Of a DNA stretch of 64,000 nucleotides, positions 19,085 through 31,000 are shown piece after piece. This stretch comes from an uncultured Planctomycetaceae bacterium (GTDB lineage Bacteria > Planctomycetota > Planctomycetia > Pirellulales > PALSA-1355). Each line of letters starts with the position of its first letter. The stretch's first letter is position 1. The notes below the pieces were generated by a model. It was not told the DNA's origin and did not search any database. It saw only the letters and a list, made by a program, of their open reading frames with translations. Location of the stretch: positions 64,001 to 128,000 of the forward strand of contig CAWAUV010000002.1 in the NCBI GenBank assembly GCA_963785305.1, in the 5' to 3' direction. The position numbers and the translations under genes are program-made.

Positions 19085-20246
19085 TCAAACTCGATCGGTC
19101 GGAGATGATTTCCGCTCCGCGCCCAGCACGCTTGATTTCAAAGGCCAGCCGCGGGGAAAGAAACGTCGCCCGCTCAGGGCGAAGCCGGTGTAGACCATGA
19201 CGAGGCCGGCGCAACTGGCCACGAAGGCCAAGGTCTGTCCCCAAAAGCCGATCAGTTCGCCCGAGTGGCCGAGCCGCGCAAGGACTCGGGCGCGAAGCTT
19301 CGGATCATCGCATGTCCAACGACCTTCCTGAACAATCGCATTGTGCGCCGGGTCGACCTTGACCGACCAGCTCGACAGCCTGATGCCGCGGCATGCCCTC
19401 GTGAACTGTAAGCGAAAGTTGTCCGGCGTTGTTCGGCGCTCCCGAGCCGTTCAGCACGATCGATGCGCCACGAGGGATAACGCTGCTTGACCGCCTGGAG
19501 CCAAGCCCCCGGGCCGGTCGCGTTGTTGGCGATCGCCGGCGGTTCGATCCTCGATACCGGCAGCGATGGAGGCAGTAGCTTGCCACCGGCGAATTCTTTC
19601 CACCACTCATTGACCGCGCCAAAAGAAAGCACGAGGCCGGTCACCGCCATGATGGCCAGCGGCGCCATGAACCAGAAGGCCAGCGCGTTGTGCCAATTCC
19701 AGTCTCGTGCCTTGCCACGCAGATCGAACCGGATTGCAATCGAGTTTCGCAGCGCCTTCCAGTGCCAATGCCTGGGCCCCCAGAGCCACGCTCCGGTCGC
19801 CATCAGAAAAACAAACCCCACGTTGGCGATCGAGACAATCCAATGGCCGGCGGGTCCGACACTGAGCGTGGTGTGCGTCGTGACATTCCACCGCAAGAAC
19901 GCCCGGGTGTTGACCGCTCCGGGCCCTAGGACTTCGCCAGTGTAGCCATTGATCAGGACGACCTTTTGCTCCGGGTAGCGAATACGCGCCGGCATGCGCG
20001 AATCCGCGAACCATTCGATGCTGGTTGGCTTGCTGGATTCAACTTTCGCCGCGCCGGCGACGAGATCGCTAGCCGGCAAGAGAGCGCAGCGGCCGCGGGC
20101 GGCATGGCCCGCGGGTCTCGCTCGGCCCAATCGATGATCTGATGCTCGAAGGCGATGACCGCGCCGGTCAGACACAGGATGAATATGACGACTCCCGCGA
20201 CGAGCCCCACCACCAGACGCGACCAGAAGAGGAGCCGACGAATCAT
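19085..20246 (-). CDS. PepSY-associated TM helix protein (PiuB-like), several frameshifts
   Basis: GLVAGVVIFILCLTGAVIAFEHQI, INGYTGEVLG, ARDWNWHNALAFW, GHSGELIGFWGQ. Confidence 0.8.
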
Positions 20247-20408
20247 GACGCCGTTGCCTCGGAGCGAGGAGCAGTCTCGGAGCAGCCACGAAAGTAACAC
20301 GGAATAAGAATGGAGGTTGCCCCACCTTCTTTCCGGTTTTTTCCGTGATTTCCCTGTTGTTCCGTGGCAAAAGTCCTTTTGCCGCGCTCAAGGCCGCGGC
20401 GGCGATTC

Positions 20409-22442
20409 TCATTTGTGATCGTGGTCGTGATCGTGGTCGCCGTGCATGTGGCCGCCGGGGCCTAGTTTTTGCAAGGCGTCGAGATCGCCCAGACCATCGC
20501 CCTTGCCGGGCTCCTTGGTTTTCTTCTTGATGACGTCGGCCCGGCTGAGATGAATCTTGTGATACACCTCGTCGGAAATCACATAATACCAGTCGGCGAA
20601 GCGATCGTTGAGCTGCTTGACGTGCTCGCGGCCCTTGGTGATTTTTTCGTCGTATTCCGATTGCTGCCGCTTATTCTCTTTTTCGATCGCGGTGCGCAGA
20701 TCGGCCTCGGCTTTGGCCTCGCGGGCTTTGGCGCGGGTCTGGCCGCCGGCTTCTTCGCCTCCCTCGGCCGGCATTTCGCCCGGCTTCGTTTCGCCCGGCT
20801 TCGCATCACCCGGCTTCGTTTCGGCGGGCTTGGCGTCGGAGACCGGGGCATCCGCGGTTGGCGCGTCGGCGGGCTTTGCTTCGCCGGCGGGGCTCAAGCT
20901 CGGAGCCGCGGAGTCGGAACTGTCCGGAGCCGCCTTCGCGGCCGGCTTTTCATCGGCGGTGAGATGGAAAATATTCCGGCGCGGTTTCGCGCCTTGCTTA
21001 TCGGAAGCATCGGGCTTGCCGGCGTCGCCGGGCTTCGCCCCATCGTCCGGCTTGGCGGGCGATTCGGGCGCCGCTGGCGAGTCTGGCTTGCTCGTCGCGT
21101 CGGTTTTCTCGGCCGGCTCTTCTTTCTTCGGCTCGCTCGCGGCTGGCGGTTGTTCGCCGCCCGCGGGCGGGAGCTCCTTGAGTTCCGGCTTGGGAATGCG
21201 ATCCTCGCGGAACTGACAGGAGATGAACAAATAGCGGTTCAGCCGCGAGGTCTTCGATTTGTCTTCGCCCGGCGCCGCGGTTTTTGGGTCCTCTTTTTCT
21301 TCGTCGGCGCCGGCGACCGTCGGCTCGCCGAAGCGGAGCGTGTATTCAACACCGTCCTTGACGAACGCGAGCACCTCGCCTTCGGTGGAAAGAATCTCGG
21401 TTTGTCCTTCCTCGCCGGCAAAAGCATAGAAGCCCTTTTTCTGCAATGAGAGGGCCGCTTCACGGTCTTTGACAAAGGCGTCGGTCACGCGCAGATCGCG
21501 ACTCAGGCCGGCCGGCTTGCGCTGCACATCGACGATCTTCAGGTCGTCGAGCGCGTTGCGCATCGCGTTGAGCTTTTCGGTGTTCAGCTCCTCGTCGTCG
21601 CCCAGCTTGCCTTGGATTTCCTTGCGGTTCTTGTATTCGATAAGCTCCGCGAGATTCCATTTCGATTTTTCGTCATCGTAGTCGAGCTTTATCTTGCCGC
21701 GGCGAACCATGGCGATCGCGGGTTGCCCGTCCTGCCCGATGCCTTCGTCGAGCGAATAATCGTTGAGCTGCACCTCGCGGATATCAAACGCATTGATCTT
21801 GAGCAAATCCTTTTCGATCCATTCGGAAAACCGGGTCGAAAGCTTGTCGGTCTTGAGCATCACTTGATACACCTGGTCGTGGCCGGCCAGTGCGCACATA
21901 GCGCAGGTCGGGTTGCTCCTTGCCCTGCTCTTGCCGATGATCATGTCGGCCAAAATCGAATCGTTCGCCCCGCGAAAGGTCACCTGCTCGCCGATGCCGG
22001 TGTCGCCGGCCTTGAGTTTGGCCGGGTCGGGCGCCACCACGCCATAGGTCTGAAAATCGCCGGGCCGGTTGCTCACCATGGCGATCGACTTCAAGTCGAG
22101 CACGCTCACGGCGGCTTCGCCCATGTGTTGGGTGGCGTCGGCCGGGTAGTCCTCGTGCGAGGGGATCACCCAGCGATCGTTTTGCAGCTTGACGCTAAAT
22201 GTGCGAACAGCGCCGGTTTCCTCGTCGAACTTGACGATCTGAATTCCCGTGGCCTGGGCGGCCTTTTCGAATTTGGGAAACAGTTTAACGACGCCGATCG
22301 GCTCGTCGTCGGTCTTGGCCGAGATGCGCCAGGGCTCGAGCGCGAGCAACATGGCCAGCAGCGCGACGGCGCCGAAGATCGCCGTTTTCTGACCTTGGCT
22401 GAGCGAGACATTACGGGGATCGGTCGTGGCCGAATGGTTCAT
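20409..22442 (-). CDS. DUF4340 domain protein (Gld-like ABC system accessory)
   Basis: WVIPSHEDYPAD, LSTRFSEWIEKDLL, LNDRFADWYYVIS; downstream of gldFG-like gene. Confidence 0.8.
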   Translation of the reverse strand: MNHSATTDPRNVSLSQGQKTAIFGAVALLAMLLALEPWRISAKTDDEPIGVVKLFPKFEKAAQATGIQIVKFDEETGAVRTFSVKLQNDRWVIPSHEDYPADATQHMGEAAVSVLDLKSIAMVSNRPGDFQTYGVVAPDPAKLKAGDTGIGEQVTFRGANDSILADMIIGKSRARSNPTCAMCALAGHDQVYQVMLKTDKLSTRFSEWIEKDLLKINAFDIREVQLNDYSLDEGIGQDGQPAIAMVRRGKIKLDYDDEKSKWNLAELIEYKNRKEIQGKLGDDEELNTEKLNAMRNALDDLKIVDVQRKPAGLSRDLRVTDAFVKDREAALSLQKKGFYAFAGEEGQTEILSTEGEVLAFVKDGVEYTLRFGEPTVAGADEEKEDPKTAAPGEDKSKTSRLNRYLFISCQFREDRIPKPELKELPPAGGEQPPAASEPKKEEPAEKTDATSKPDSPAAPESPAKPDDGAKPGDAGKPDASDKQGAKPRRNIFHLTADEKPAAKAAPDSSDSAAPSLSPAGEAKPADAPTADAPVSDAKPAETKPGDAKPGETKPGEMPAEGGEEAGGQTRAKAREAKAEADLRTAIEKENKRQQSEYDEKITKGREHVKQLNDRFADWYYVISDEVYHKIHLSRADVIKKKTKEPGKGDGLGDLDALQKLGPGGHMHGDHDHDHDHK

Positions 22443-22576
22443 GGTTCGAAACGCCTCTGACTGAAATTGCGGTTTACTTCGAATGAATCGTTATCGCCGG
22501 GGTTTTGTCCCAAAGTCACGGGGGCCGCACGGCAAATTACCCGCCGCGCGAAAGTCGCCGCCCGCGGGTCGAGCGA

Positions 22577-25571
22577 TCAGCGCAAACGCGACTTCGAAAC
22601 TCCCTCGCGTTCCTGGGCTCGGCGGCTGAAAAACACGAAAAACGCAAGCAAAAGCGGCGGAATCGGCGGCAGCAGCACGGCCCACATCTTGTACCAGTCT
22701 TGGGTGGCGCACATCCTGCAAACGTTTGTGCTCGATCAATTTCAAGTTGTGATCGAGCTCTTGTTTGTTGCGCTCGCGGGCAATATCGACCCGGCGTTTG
22801 ATTTCCTCGATCTTGATGATCCAGTTCGTGGCCGTGTCGGGATTCGTGAGGCCGCCGTTTTTCTTGGCCTCGGCGTTGACCTTGTCGATTTCTTCTTGCA
22901 ATTTCTTGCTGGTTTTTTGAATTCAACGGCTTGCATTTGGCGGGCGCCCTCGGCTTCGAGCTTCGCGTCCTCGGTGGCGGCGGAGACGCCGACGAGCGTC
23001 TTATGCACCGGCTCGCGGCCGCGAATGCTGATAAACCGCTCGTCGCCGGCAAGCACATCCAGCGAATTGAGCACGAAGGTCACATTTTGAAGGGCCCAAT
23101 TCACTTCGTCTTCATCACCCGAGGCGCCATGGGCCCGCACCGCGAAGATGCCGGAGAACAGGCAGTCGATATCGGGCACGAGCACCACGCGAATCTCGGT
23201 CGGCGCCGGCTTCTTCTCGCTTTCGGCTTTCTCGGCTTTGGGTTTCTCGGCGGGGGCCTTCTCGGCGGCGGGCTTTTCCAATGGGGGCTTTTCCGATGAT
23301 GATTTTTCGGCCGGGGCCTTTTCGGACTCCGGTGTTTCAGCCGCGGTTTTTGCCGTGTCGGTATCGGATTTTGGCGCGGCGTCGGGCGGGCTCGCGGCGC
23401 CGGCGGGTGAGTCGGTCGCCGGTTTATCGGCGGGCGCGGTCTCGACGCCGGGGCCATCAGCCATTTTCTTGTTGTTCGCGCCGATCGGGCCATGGATATA
23501 GGCGCCCATCACATAGCTCTGGCCCGTGCCTTTATAAAATTGCTCGCGGCGCTGATTGAGCGAGGGCCGGCCCATGAAGTTGCGCTCGAAGACCTTGTCG
23601 ATCGCGAGGTTTCCGGTGCGCTGTTGGTGCGCATCAGGTCGGTCACGGTCATGGGCGTGTTGTTGAGCGGCGTGATCGCCCCGGCATAGACGAGCAGCAC
23701 TTGATGCAGGCCAGCCGTGATCTTGTTTTTTTCGTTGAAGGCGTCTTTTTCGCCGCTTTGCGGATCGACGAAAACCCATTCGCGCGTGATACCGTAGTTG
23801 GCGGCCTTCGGGTACGGATTCCAGTCTTCCCAGACCACGTCGCTGGCCATGAAATCCACGCCCAGCAGCCTCCACAGGCCGGTGATATCGCCCTTGGGCT
23901 GCGGCTGCTGGCGGCCGAACATGCCCATCATTCCGCCGGGCGCCTGCTTGGGGGCGTTGGTGCCCGGCGTGTCGCTCATTACCGGCAGCGGGTCCTCGAA
24001 GATCGCGGTCGGCTGACCGGCCGCCACGGCGGCGATGAAATTGTCCATCTGCTGCGGATTCCAGCTCGAGGGTTGCACCGCCAGCAGGGCGTCGTATTGC
24101 TCGGTGATCGGGTTGCTCGGGTCGACCGGCGTGACTTCGTACTGCTTTTGCAGTTCCTCGATCAGCATCTGGTTGGGCGTCGATTGCATGGTGCTGGGAT
24201 CGAAGCCGCCGAACATGCGGGCATCGGTCTGGAGCACGCCGATCTTTTTACGCCGAGGCTGGCTCGCGGTGCAGATCGAACGCACCAGTTCATATTCCAC
24301 CGGCAGGCCGCGATCGAAAAACGGCACGACGACTTTTTCCAAGCCGCAAGTAAACGCCACGCCCAGGAAGATGCCCTCGTCGGCCCGGCCGCGCGGCAAG
24401 CGCGTCATCACCGGCCGCGGCGTGATGCCGAACTGCTGCTCGGCCCGCGTGGCCTCCTCGGTAAACGGCTCCATGTTGTCATGGATCACCACATCGAGCT
24501 TCGAGCCGCCCAGGGCCTGGAACTCGCGAAGCATGGCGAGCAAATTGAGCCGCGTGGCCACGTAGTCCTCGGGAAAGTCGCGGCTGACGCTCAAAAACGC
24601 CTCGACATGCACCGGGTGCTTCGGATCGAGATCGGCGATCAGCTTGCGAGTGTCGGGCGAGAGCGAGTTGAGGCGATCGGTCGAGGCGTCGGCGCGGAGC
24701 GTGTCGTGGCGCGAGAGAAACACGTTGACCGACACCACCGCCACGATCAGCGCCACGAGCGCGCCAGATAATGCCACCCCATCGACTCGCCATCGCGTCC
24801 GCCGCTCCAGTGGCGCCGGCCGATGAAGACCATGCTCAAGTACAGCATGGCGGCGGCGAGCGAAAGGAAATACACGATGCTGCTAAATGTGATCATGCCG
24901 CGGCCGTAGTCGCGAAATTGCTCGGACAGGCTCAGGTGTTTGATGAAGTGCGGCAGACCGGGCCAGTGCTTGGTGACCCACGCCGGCATTGCCATCGACT
25001 CGGCGTCGGCCGCGAACACGAGCGGAATATTGAACACCGCGCCGAGCACGAAGCCGACCGTGAGATTGCCCGTGAGAAACGACGCCGCCATGCCGATGGC
25101 GAGCATCGCCAGACCCACCATCCAGTAGCCGAAGTACGCGGCCACGAACAGGCCCGTGTCGAGATTCAGCCAATTGTCGGGCGCTTTGCTAAGCCACACC
25201 AGCACGGTGAAATTGCACATGGCCGAGAAGATGAGCGACACGGTGTAGATGCCCACGGCGGCCAGATATTTGCCGAGCACCACGTCGAAGTCGGTGGCCG
25301 GAATCGTGAGCAGGAGCTCGTCGGTGCCTTGGCGCCGCTCCTCGGCCCAGATGCTCATGGTGATTGCCGGAATGAACACCAGCAGGATATAGGGCAGCGA
25401 CTTATTGAGCTGGTTCAGATTGGCCAGATTATCGTTGAAGAAATCGTTGGGCCAAAATGCCGCGAACGATCCGAGCAACACAAACACGCAAATAAACACA
25501 TAGCCGGTCGGATTGCTGAAATAGCTGACCAGATTGCGTCGAAAGATCGCGCCAATCACGTTCGGATTCAT
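22577..25571 (-). CDS. GldF-GldG-like fused ABC permease/auxiliary protein, frameshifted
   Basis: SYFSNPTGYVFI, WAEERRQGTDELLLT, NSLSPDTRKLI, PFFDRGLPVEYELVRSI; C-term REGVSKSRLR*. Confidence 0.8.
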
Positions 25572-25716
25572 GATTCCCTTATCCCCTGAAGCTGTGCCTA
25601 GGTTTTTTCGTCGGGCCGCTGGCCGCCGCCGGTTTCCCCCGGGCGACTTCGCCCGCGGTCGGGCTCTCGGGCTCCTCCATGCCGGGCGTTTTAGCCATCG
25701 GCGGGCGCCGAGACCG

Positions 25717-26436
25717 TTATACGGTGAGCTGGTGGAAACGTTCGTCGAGATCGGCGCCCAAGCTCTCGACCGGGCCATCGAACACGAGCCGGCCTTCGTT
25801 AATAAAGAGCACCCGGCCGGCGATCGCCTGCACTTCTTGCAAAATATGGGTCGAGAGCAAGATCGTTTTGTTTTCGCCTAGCCGGCGAATCGTGTCGCGC
25901 ACATCGCGAATTTGGTTCGGGTCGAGGCCCGCGGTCGGCTCGTCGAGAATCAGCACGTCGGGCTCATGGAGCAGCACTTGGGCCATGCCCACCCGCTGAC
26001 GAAAGCCTTTCGACAGTTTGCCGATGGCTTTGCCGATCACGCTGCCGAGCGAGCAGAGCTCGACCACGTCGGCAATGCGGCGTCGCTTGCGATCGCCGCG
26101 AATGCCGCGGGCATCGGCGAAAAATTCGAGCAGGCTTCGCGGGGTCATGTCGGGGTAGAGCGGGCCGTTTTCCGGCAGATAGCCCAGCCGCGCCGCGCCG
26201 GCCAGCCGATCGGTGCTCATATCGTGGCCCGCGATTCGAGCCACGCCGCGCGAGGGCGACAAGTAGCCGGTGAGCAACTTCATCGTCGTGCTCTTACCGG
26301 CCCCGTTGGGCCCCAGAAACGCCACGACTTGTCCCTGCGGAATGCTGAAGGTGACATCATCCGTGGCGGCAAAGTCGCCGTAGTATTTCGACAAGCCAAC
26401 CGCCTCGATCATGGCGGGACCGTTTTCATGGGCCAT
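25717..26436 (-). CDS. ABC transporter ATP-binding protein (GldA-like)
   Basis: GPNGAGKST, LSKGFRQR, LILDEPTAGLD, STH. Confidence 0.92.
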   Translation of the reverse strand: MAHENGPAMIEAVGLSKYYGDFAATDDVTFSIPQGQVVAFLGPNGAGKSTTMKLLTGYLSPSRGVARIAGHDMSTDRLAGAARLGYLPENGPLYPDMTPRSLLEFFADARGIRGDRKRRRIADVVELCSLGSVIGKAIGKLSKGFRQRVGMAQVLLHEPDVLILDEPTAGLDPNQIRDVRDTIRRLGENKTILLSTHILQEVQAIAGRVLFINEGRLVFDGPVESLGADLDERFHQLTV

Positions 26437-26920
26437 TACGCCTGCTCCCGATGGATACTCGCTTGTGAAGCCGCTGCCGCTCGAAAAACCTGAAACGCGC
26501 CCGCGAAGGCGGCCATCTTCCGCGGGGGCGAGCCGCGCGGCCAGGCAAAGCGCCCAACGTCGACCGGCTTCCCCGGCAAGCGCGAAGAAAGCTAGAAAGG
26601 TACTACGTTGGCCCCCGACCTGTCCAGACGGTTTCGGAAAATCTGGTCGATTTCCAAGGAAAAGCGTTTGGCGCCCCCGACTTTCGTCGCGACACTGGCG
26701 ACCAACCGCCACCCGCCGCCGCCCCAGCCCCATAAGACGCCATAGCACTCTATACGCCACGAAAGGCCGCTGGATCGCGGGTCCGCGAAGAAAAACAACG
26801 CTGCGAGCGTAATGCCTTGGATACTAGAATGTTACACGCGGGGGGAGCATGTGCCGCGCCGTCCGGGGCCACGTCTCGCGCCGGCGCCCCGCCGTCGCCC
26901 ACGAACTGGAGCAATACGAC

Positions 26921-27691
26921 ATGGGATATGCACTAATCCGCGGGTTTATCGTCAGAACCGGCGAGCGGTCGGAGTTCAACCATGTCCAAGGCGGCGCGTG
27001 CTCCCATCGCGGCGGACATTGCACATCCTGCGATCGGCCGCTCTTGAAACTTTGGCAGATCGACTGCGGCGATCCGAGATTGGTCTCGGTGGAGACGGGC
27101 GTAAGAGTGTTCGCGGGCCTCGAAAATCTGCCGCTGTACTACTGCTGGAGATGCGGGGGCGAAGTGGCCTATCGCATTGATGGCCCGGCCGAAATCACCA
27201 TGCTCATGAACACGGGCAGCGATCAGGGCGACGATTTTCCATATTCCAACTACCCGCTCGCGTTTCCCGAGTCCCCACTGCGACTCTATTGCCCTGAGGA
27301 CGTGCCAACCAACGTACGAGCGTGTATCGAGCGATCTCGCGAAGTCTTCGACAAGCTGCCTGAAGACGAGCGAGAACTCTTATCGCATTTTTTGCAAAGG
27401 CCGATCCGCCGAGCGTTTGATGTTTGGGTCCAGCAGTTCGGCGGCGAGCCTTACTTGATTCAAGGCCCCGAAAATAACATTTGCCCGAACCCCGAGTGCG
27501 AACTTCATCGCGACGGCGAGACAATGCGGATTCTGGCGGGTCCGATCAACGATCCACCCGGCGGCCTGCCGATGATCGAATCGCTGGCGGATGTCGCCGC
27601 GAACAACGGCCACTTCGACGAATTCGTGCAAGTCGTTTTCCACTTTTGCCCAAGCTGCCACAGCGTGCATGCGACCAATCGCCGTGATTGA
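26921..27691 (+). CDS. Cys-rich hypothetical protein (possibly DUF1963/YwqG-like)
   Basis: GGAG RBS; CTSC, CWRC, CPNPEC, CPSC motifs; QFGGEPYLIQ. Confidence 0.65.
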   Translation: MGYALIRGFIVRTGERSEFNHVQGGACSHRGGHCTSCDRPLLKLWQIDCGDPRLVSVETGVRVFAGLENLPLYYCWRCGGEVAYRIDGPAEITMLMNTGSDQGDDFPYSNYPLAFPESPLRLYCPEDVPTNVRACIERSREVFDKLPEDERELLSHFLQRPIRRAFDVWVQQFGGEPYLIQGPENNICPNPECELHRDGETMRILAGPINDPPGGLPMIESLADVAANNGHFDEFVQVVFHFCPSCHSVHATNRRD

Positions 27692-27731
27692 ATGCGCGAC
27701 GACCGAGGCGCGATGGCCCGCTTCGCGGCTA

Positions 27732-29063
27732 CTAGACGAAGGTTCGCGGTTGGCCGGTCGATTCCAAGACCGACATCCAGAGGTCGCCATTCGGGTCGAC
27801 GGTGTAGCGTTCGCGAATGGCCATCGGGATCGGCACATGCACGAAGCGCCCGTGCCAGCGGCCGACCACCATTTCCGTCCGACCGCTCATCGCCGCATGC
27901 ACGGCGTTGTGACCCAGCCGCAGGCAATACACGCTGTCGTGCGGATTGGCCGGCACGCTGCGGATCGCATAGCTGGGGTCGATGTACTTGAGGTTGAGCT
28001 CCATGCCGATCGAGCCGAAGTGGTCGCAGATCGCGTGCCGCAGATAGAGCCCGATATCGTGCAATCGCCGGTTGCCCGAGGCGTCGCGTCCGTGGTCGTG
28101 TTCGTGGAGAAGGTCCTGTCCGGCGCCCTCGGCGACCACGATCACGGCGTGTCCCTTGGCCTGAAGCTGGCGTTTCAGTTCGTTGAGCAGCCCGGCGCCG
28201 CCTTCGAGCTTGAAGGGCACCTCGGGAATGAGCACGAAGTTGGCGTCGTTGTTGGCCAGCGAGGCATAGCAGGCGATGAAGCCCGAGTGGCGGCCCATGA
28301 GCTTCACCAGCCCCACTCCATTGGGCGAGGCCTTGGCTTCGACATGGGCGGCGCGAATGCTCTTGGCCGCTTCGGCGAACGCGGTTTGAAAGCCGAAGCT
28401 TTGGTCGATGAACATAATGTCGTTGTCGATCGTCTTGGGAATTCCCACGACCGCGATCTTCGACCCGCGCTCGGTGACCTCCTTGCTGATCTGCATCGCG
28501 CCGCGGAGCGTGCCGTCGCCGCCGATCACGAACAGAATGTTGATGCTCATCTGTTCGAGGCAGTCGACCATTTCGGCCGGGTCTTGTTGTCCGCGCGAGG
28601 TGCCGAGAATCGAGCCCCCGTGTTCGTTGATATCGCCCACGACTTTCGGCGTGAGGTCGATCACCGGGCGGCAATGTTTGGCGACGAAGCCCTGGTACCC
28701 GTTGCAAAAGCCATAGATCTTGCGCACTCCATAGCGATAGTGCAGTTCCATGACCAGGGCGCGGATCACATCGTTGAAGCCCGGGCAAAGACCGCCGCAG
28801 GTGACGATGCCGGCCCGGGTTTTCGAGGGATCGAAAAAAATCTTGCGTCGCGGCCCCGCGGGCTCGAACGACGGCAAATGATCGAGCGATGGCCGGGCTC
28901 GCAAGCCCGACATGGTGCCATCGAACACCACGCGATCGTCTTCATGCACATTGTGGAAGCTTTCGCCGCGCTCCGCGAGCATGGGCGCGAGCGGCGAGTC
29001 AATACGACAGGGACCGAGCGACTTGACCTGGAAGTCGTCGGTTTCAAGCAGTTTTTCGATCAT
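27732..29063 (-). CDS. pfkA: ATP-dependent 6-phosphofructokinase
   Basis: VTCGGLCPG, GGDGT (Gly = ATP type), PKTIDND, KLMGRHSGFIA, YIDPSY. Confidence 0.93.
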   Translation of the reverse strand: MIEKLLETDDFQVKSLGPCRIDSPLAPMLAERGESFHNVHEDDRVVFDGTMSGLRARPSLDHLPSFEPAGPRRKIFFDPSKTRAGIVTCGGLCPGFNDVIRALVMELHYRYGVRKIYGFCNGYQGFVAKHCRPVIDLTPKVVGDINEHGGSILGTSRGQQDPAEMVDCLEQMSINILFVIGGDGTLRGAMQISKEVTERGSKIAVVGIPKTIDNDIMFIDQSFGFQTAFAEAAKSIRAAHVEAKASPNGVGLVKLMGRHSGFIACYASLANNDANFVLIPEVPFKLEGGAGLLNELKRQLQAKGHAVIVVAEGAGQDLLHEHDHGRDASGNRRLHDIGLYLRHAICDHFGSIGMELNLKYIDPSYAIRSVPANPHDSVYCLRLGHNAVHAAMSGRTEMVVGRWHGRFVHVPIPMAIRERYTVDPNGDLWMSVLESTGQPRTFV

Positions 29064-29447
29064 GGCGCGACATCGCCCCCCGGGCAGCGGATCGACTTGT
29101 CGCCAGACGCCTTACCGCTTTTCGACGCCGGCGAACCGCGACAATTCGCCGGCGAACATGGATTTTCACCTCGCACTGCGCCTGACCAAGCGCCGCGACG
29201 CGATCGACACGGAACGGATTCGAAAGAGAGCCGGCAATTCGAGTTCGGCAGGGGCAAAACGCGTGCCGCGAGCGCACGGGAAGCCGCATTTCGCCTAGCC
29301 GCCGCATTCCTCGCCGCGAAAATCGCGTGGAATCACTTCGGCTGACCCGCCGGGAATCCGCGGCGGGGGGCTCGGTTCGGGCGGTCGATGGCTTGCCCGC
29401 CGAGCAGTAGGCGCCCACGATTTCCGCATTGGGACCCCCGACCGGAC

Positions 29448-29621
29448 CTAGGCATAGATCAACTGGGAATCGCGAGCCGAATCGGCGCTCAGCGAGCCGC
29501 GGAGCTTGCGCGCGTCGCGGCGCACATAGCTCGGAGAGGAGTATCGCCAGCCGAGAGAGGAACGTGTGCCGGGAGCGCCTGGTTTCGTGGATCGACGAGA
29601 CTTCGAGATTCTTTGCATCAT
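29448..29621 (-). CDS. small basic hypothetical protein (57 aa)
   Basis: GGGGGA RBS, ATGATG start, Arg/Lys/Ser-rich ORF in an otherwise empty ~880-bp gap. Confidence 0.45.
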   Translation of the reverse strand: MMQRISKSRRSTKPGAPGTRSSLGWRYSSPSYVRRDARKLRGSLSADSARDSQLIYA

Positions 29622-29947
29622 GGATATTTCCCCCCAAAACGAGGCGACGAGCAAATCGGTTGTTCAACCGCTTCCGTAAGAATGTATCGGTTACTCGAAG
29701 TCTCGCCTTTACGCGAGATCGGGGGCGGCTACCGATTGTGCCGACGCTAGCGGTCGGCGGAAAAGCCGGGTTTTACTCGCTGGCCGAGCTTTGACTCAAG
29801 AAAAAAGCGGCTCGCATTTGCAGGCGGGGCAACTAGAATGAGCCGGAAACCGCTTGTGACCCCGTGGCGAGAGGGCTCTCTATCGGACCCCTCGCCGCCG
29901 CGTCGCCCGCCTTCCCCTCCAACACTGCTTTGCAAAAAAGGTGCTTC

Positions 29948-30717
29948 ATGATCTCTCAGGCGACTTCGCGACATTCCCGCGCCCCCGCGGCCTTTGGCTT
30001 GGGCCGCTGGCCGATTTTCGCCGTGCTCGCGGCGCTGACCATGGCCCCGTTGACTTTCGCGCCCCTGGCGGCGGCGGCCGACGGCGACGGCTTCACGGCC
30101 ATCTTCAACGGCTCTTCGCTCGAAGGCTGGGACGCGAACCCGAAATTCTGGCGCGTGGAAGACGGCGCGATCACCGGCCAGACCTTGGCCGACAATCCGA
30201 CGCCCCACAACACATTTTGCATTCTCAAGGGCGAACCGGTCGGCGACTTCGAGCTCAAGGCCGACTTCAAAATCGATGGCGGCAATTCCGGCATTCAATA
30301 TCGCAGCAAAGCGATGCCCGATTGGGTGGTCGGCGGCTACCAAGCCGACTTCGACGCCGGCATGGGCTGGACCGGCTCGCTCTATGAAGAGCGCGGCCGT
30401 GGAGTGCTCGCCAAGCGCGGCAACAAGGTGACGATCGACGCCGATGGCAAGAAGACCGAGAGCAAGATCGCCGATGAGAAGGCGATTCTCGACAACGTGA
30501 AGAAAGACGGCTGGAACACCTACGAAATCATCGCCATCGGCAATCACCTCACCCAGAAGATCAACGGCATGACGACCATCGAACTGATCGACGATCAGGT
30601 TGACAAGCGGGCCATGTCGGGCATCATCGCGCTGCAGGTTCATGCGGTGCGCCGATGAAAGTGCAGTTCAAGAACATTTTGCTCAAGCGGCTCTCGTCCG
30701 CGAGCGAAGCGAAGTAA
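29948..30717 (+). CDS. DUF1080 (3-keto-disaccharide hydrolase family) secreted protein; frameshift near 30647
   Basis: IFNGSSLEGW, DFELKADFK, GNSGIQYRS, GYQADFD, GIIALQVH, then MKVQFKNI in the shifted frame. Confidence 0.88.
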
Positions 30718-31000
30718 CACGCCGGGCCGCTGGGGCCAAGGGCGATTGTTCGCGGCCTTGCGCGACGAGACGAATACGACGGCGGTGAAGATCGGGATCG
30801 ATTTTCACCGCCGTCGCCACGCGCTCGCGACAGCGTCGCGGGCCGCCGGCCCGCCGCGAGGTTGACCCTTGCGAAGTGGCGGCGTCGAAGAGGCATGGCA
30901 TCGGCGGCCGGGCGGGTTATCATATTCTCGTGGTCGTGGATCGCCGCGCGGCGCGATCCGCGAGGCGAAAACATTTTGGCGTGGTACGGAGGAGCGTTGC

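Noticed and set aside
23200..23460. Repetitive EKPxAEK segment (similar tracts at 20700-21200 and 49910-50200)
   Set aside because: Low-complexity disordered protein linkers, not DNA-level repeat elements.
20409..26436. Gliding motility machinery
   Set aside because: GldA/F/G-like ABC systems are widespread outside gliding bacteria, and no other gld or T9SS genes are present.
27591..29345. Long antisense ORFs (also 33785-35236, 43717-45129, 55361-57076, 59691-61079)
   Set aside because: Shadow frames opposite well-supported genes in GC-rich DNA.
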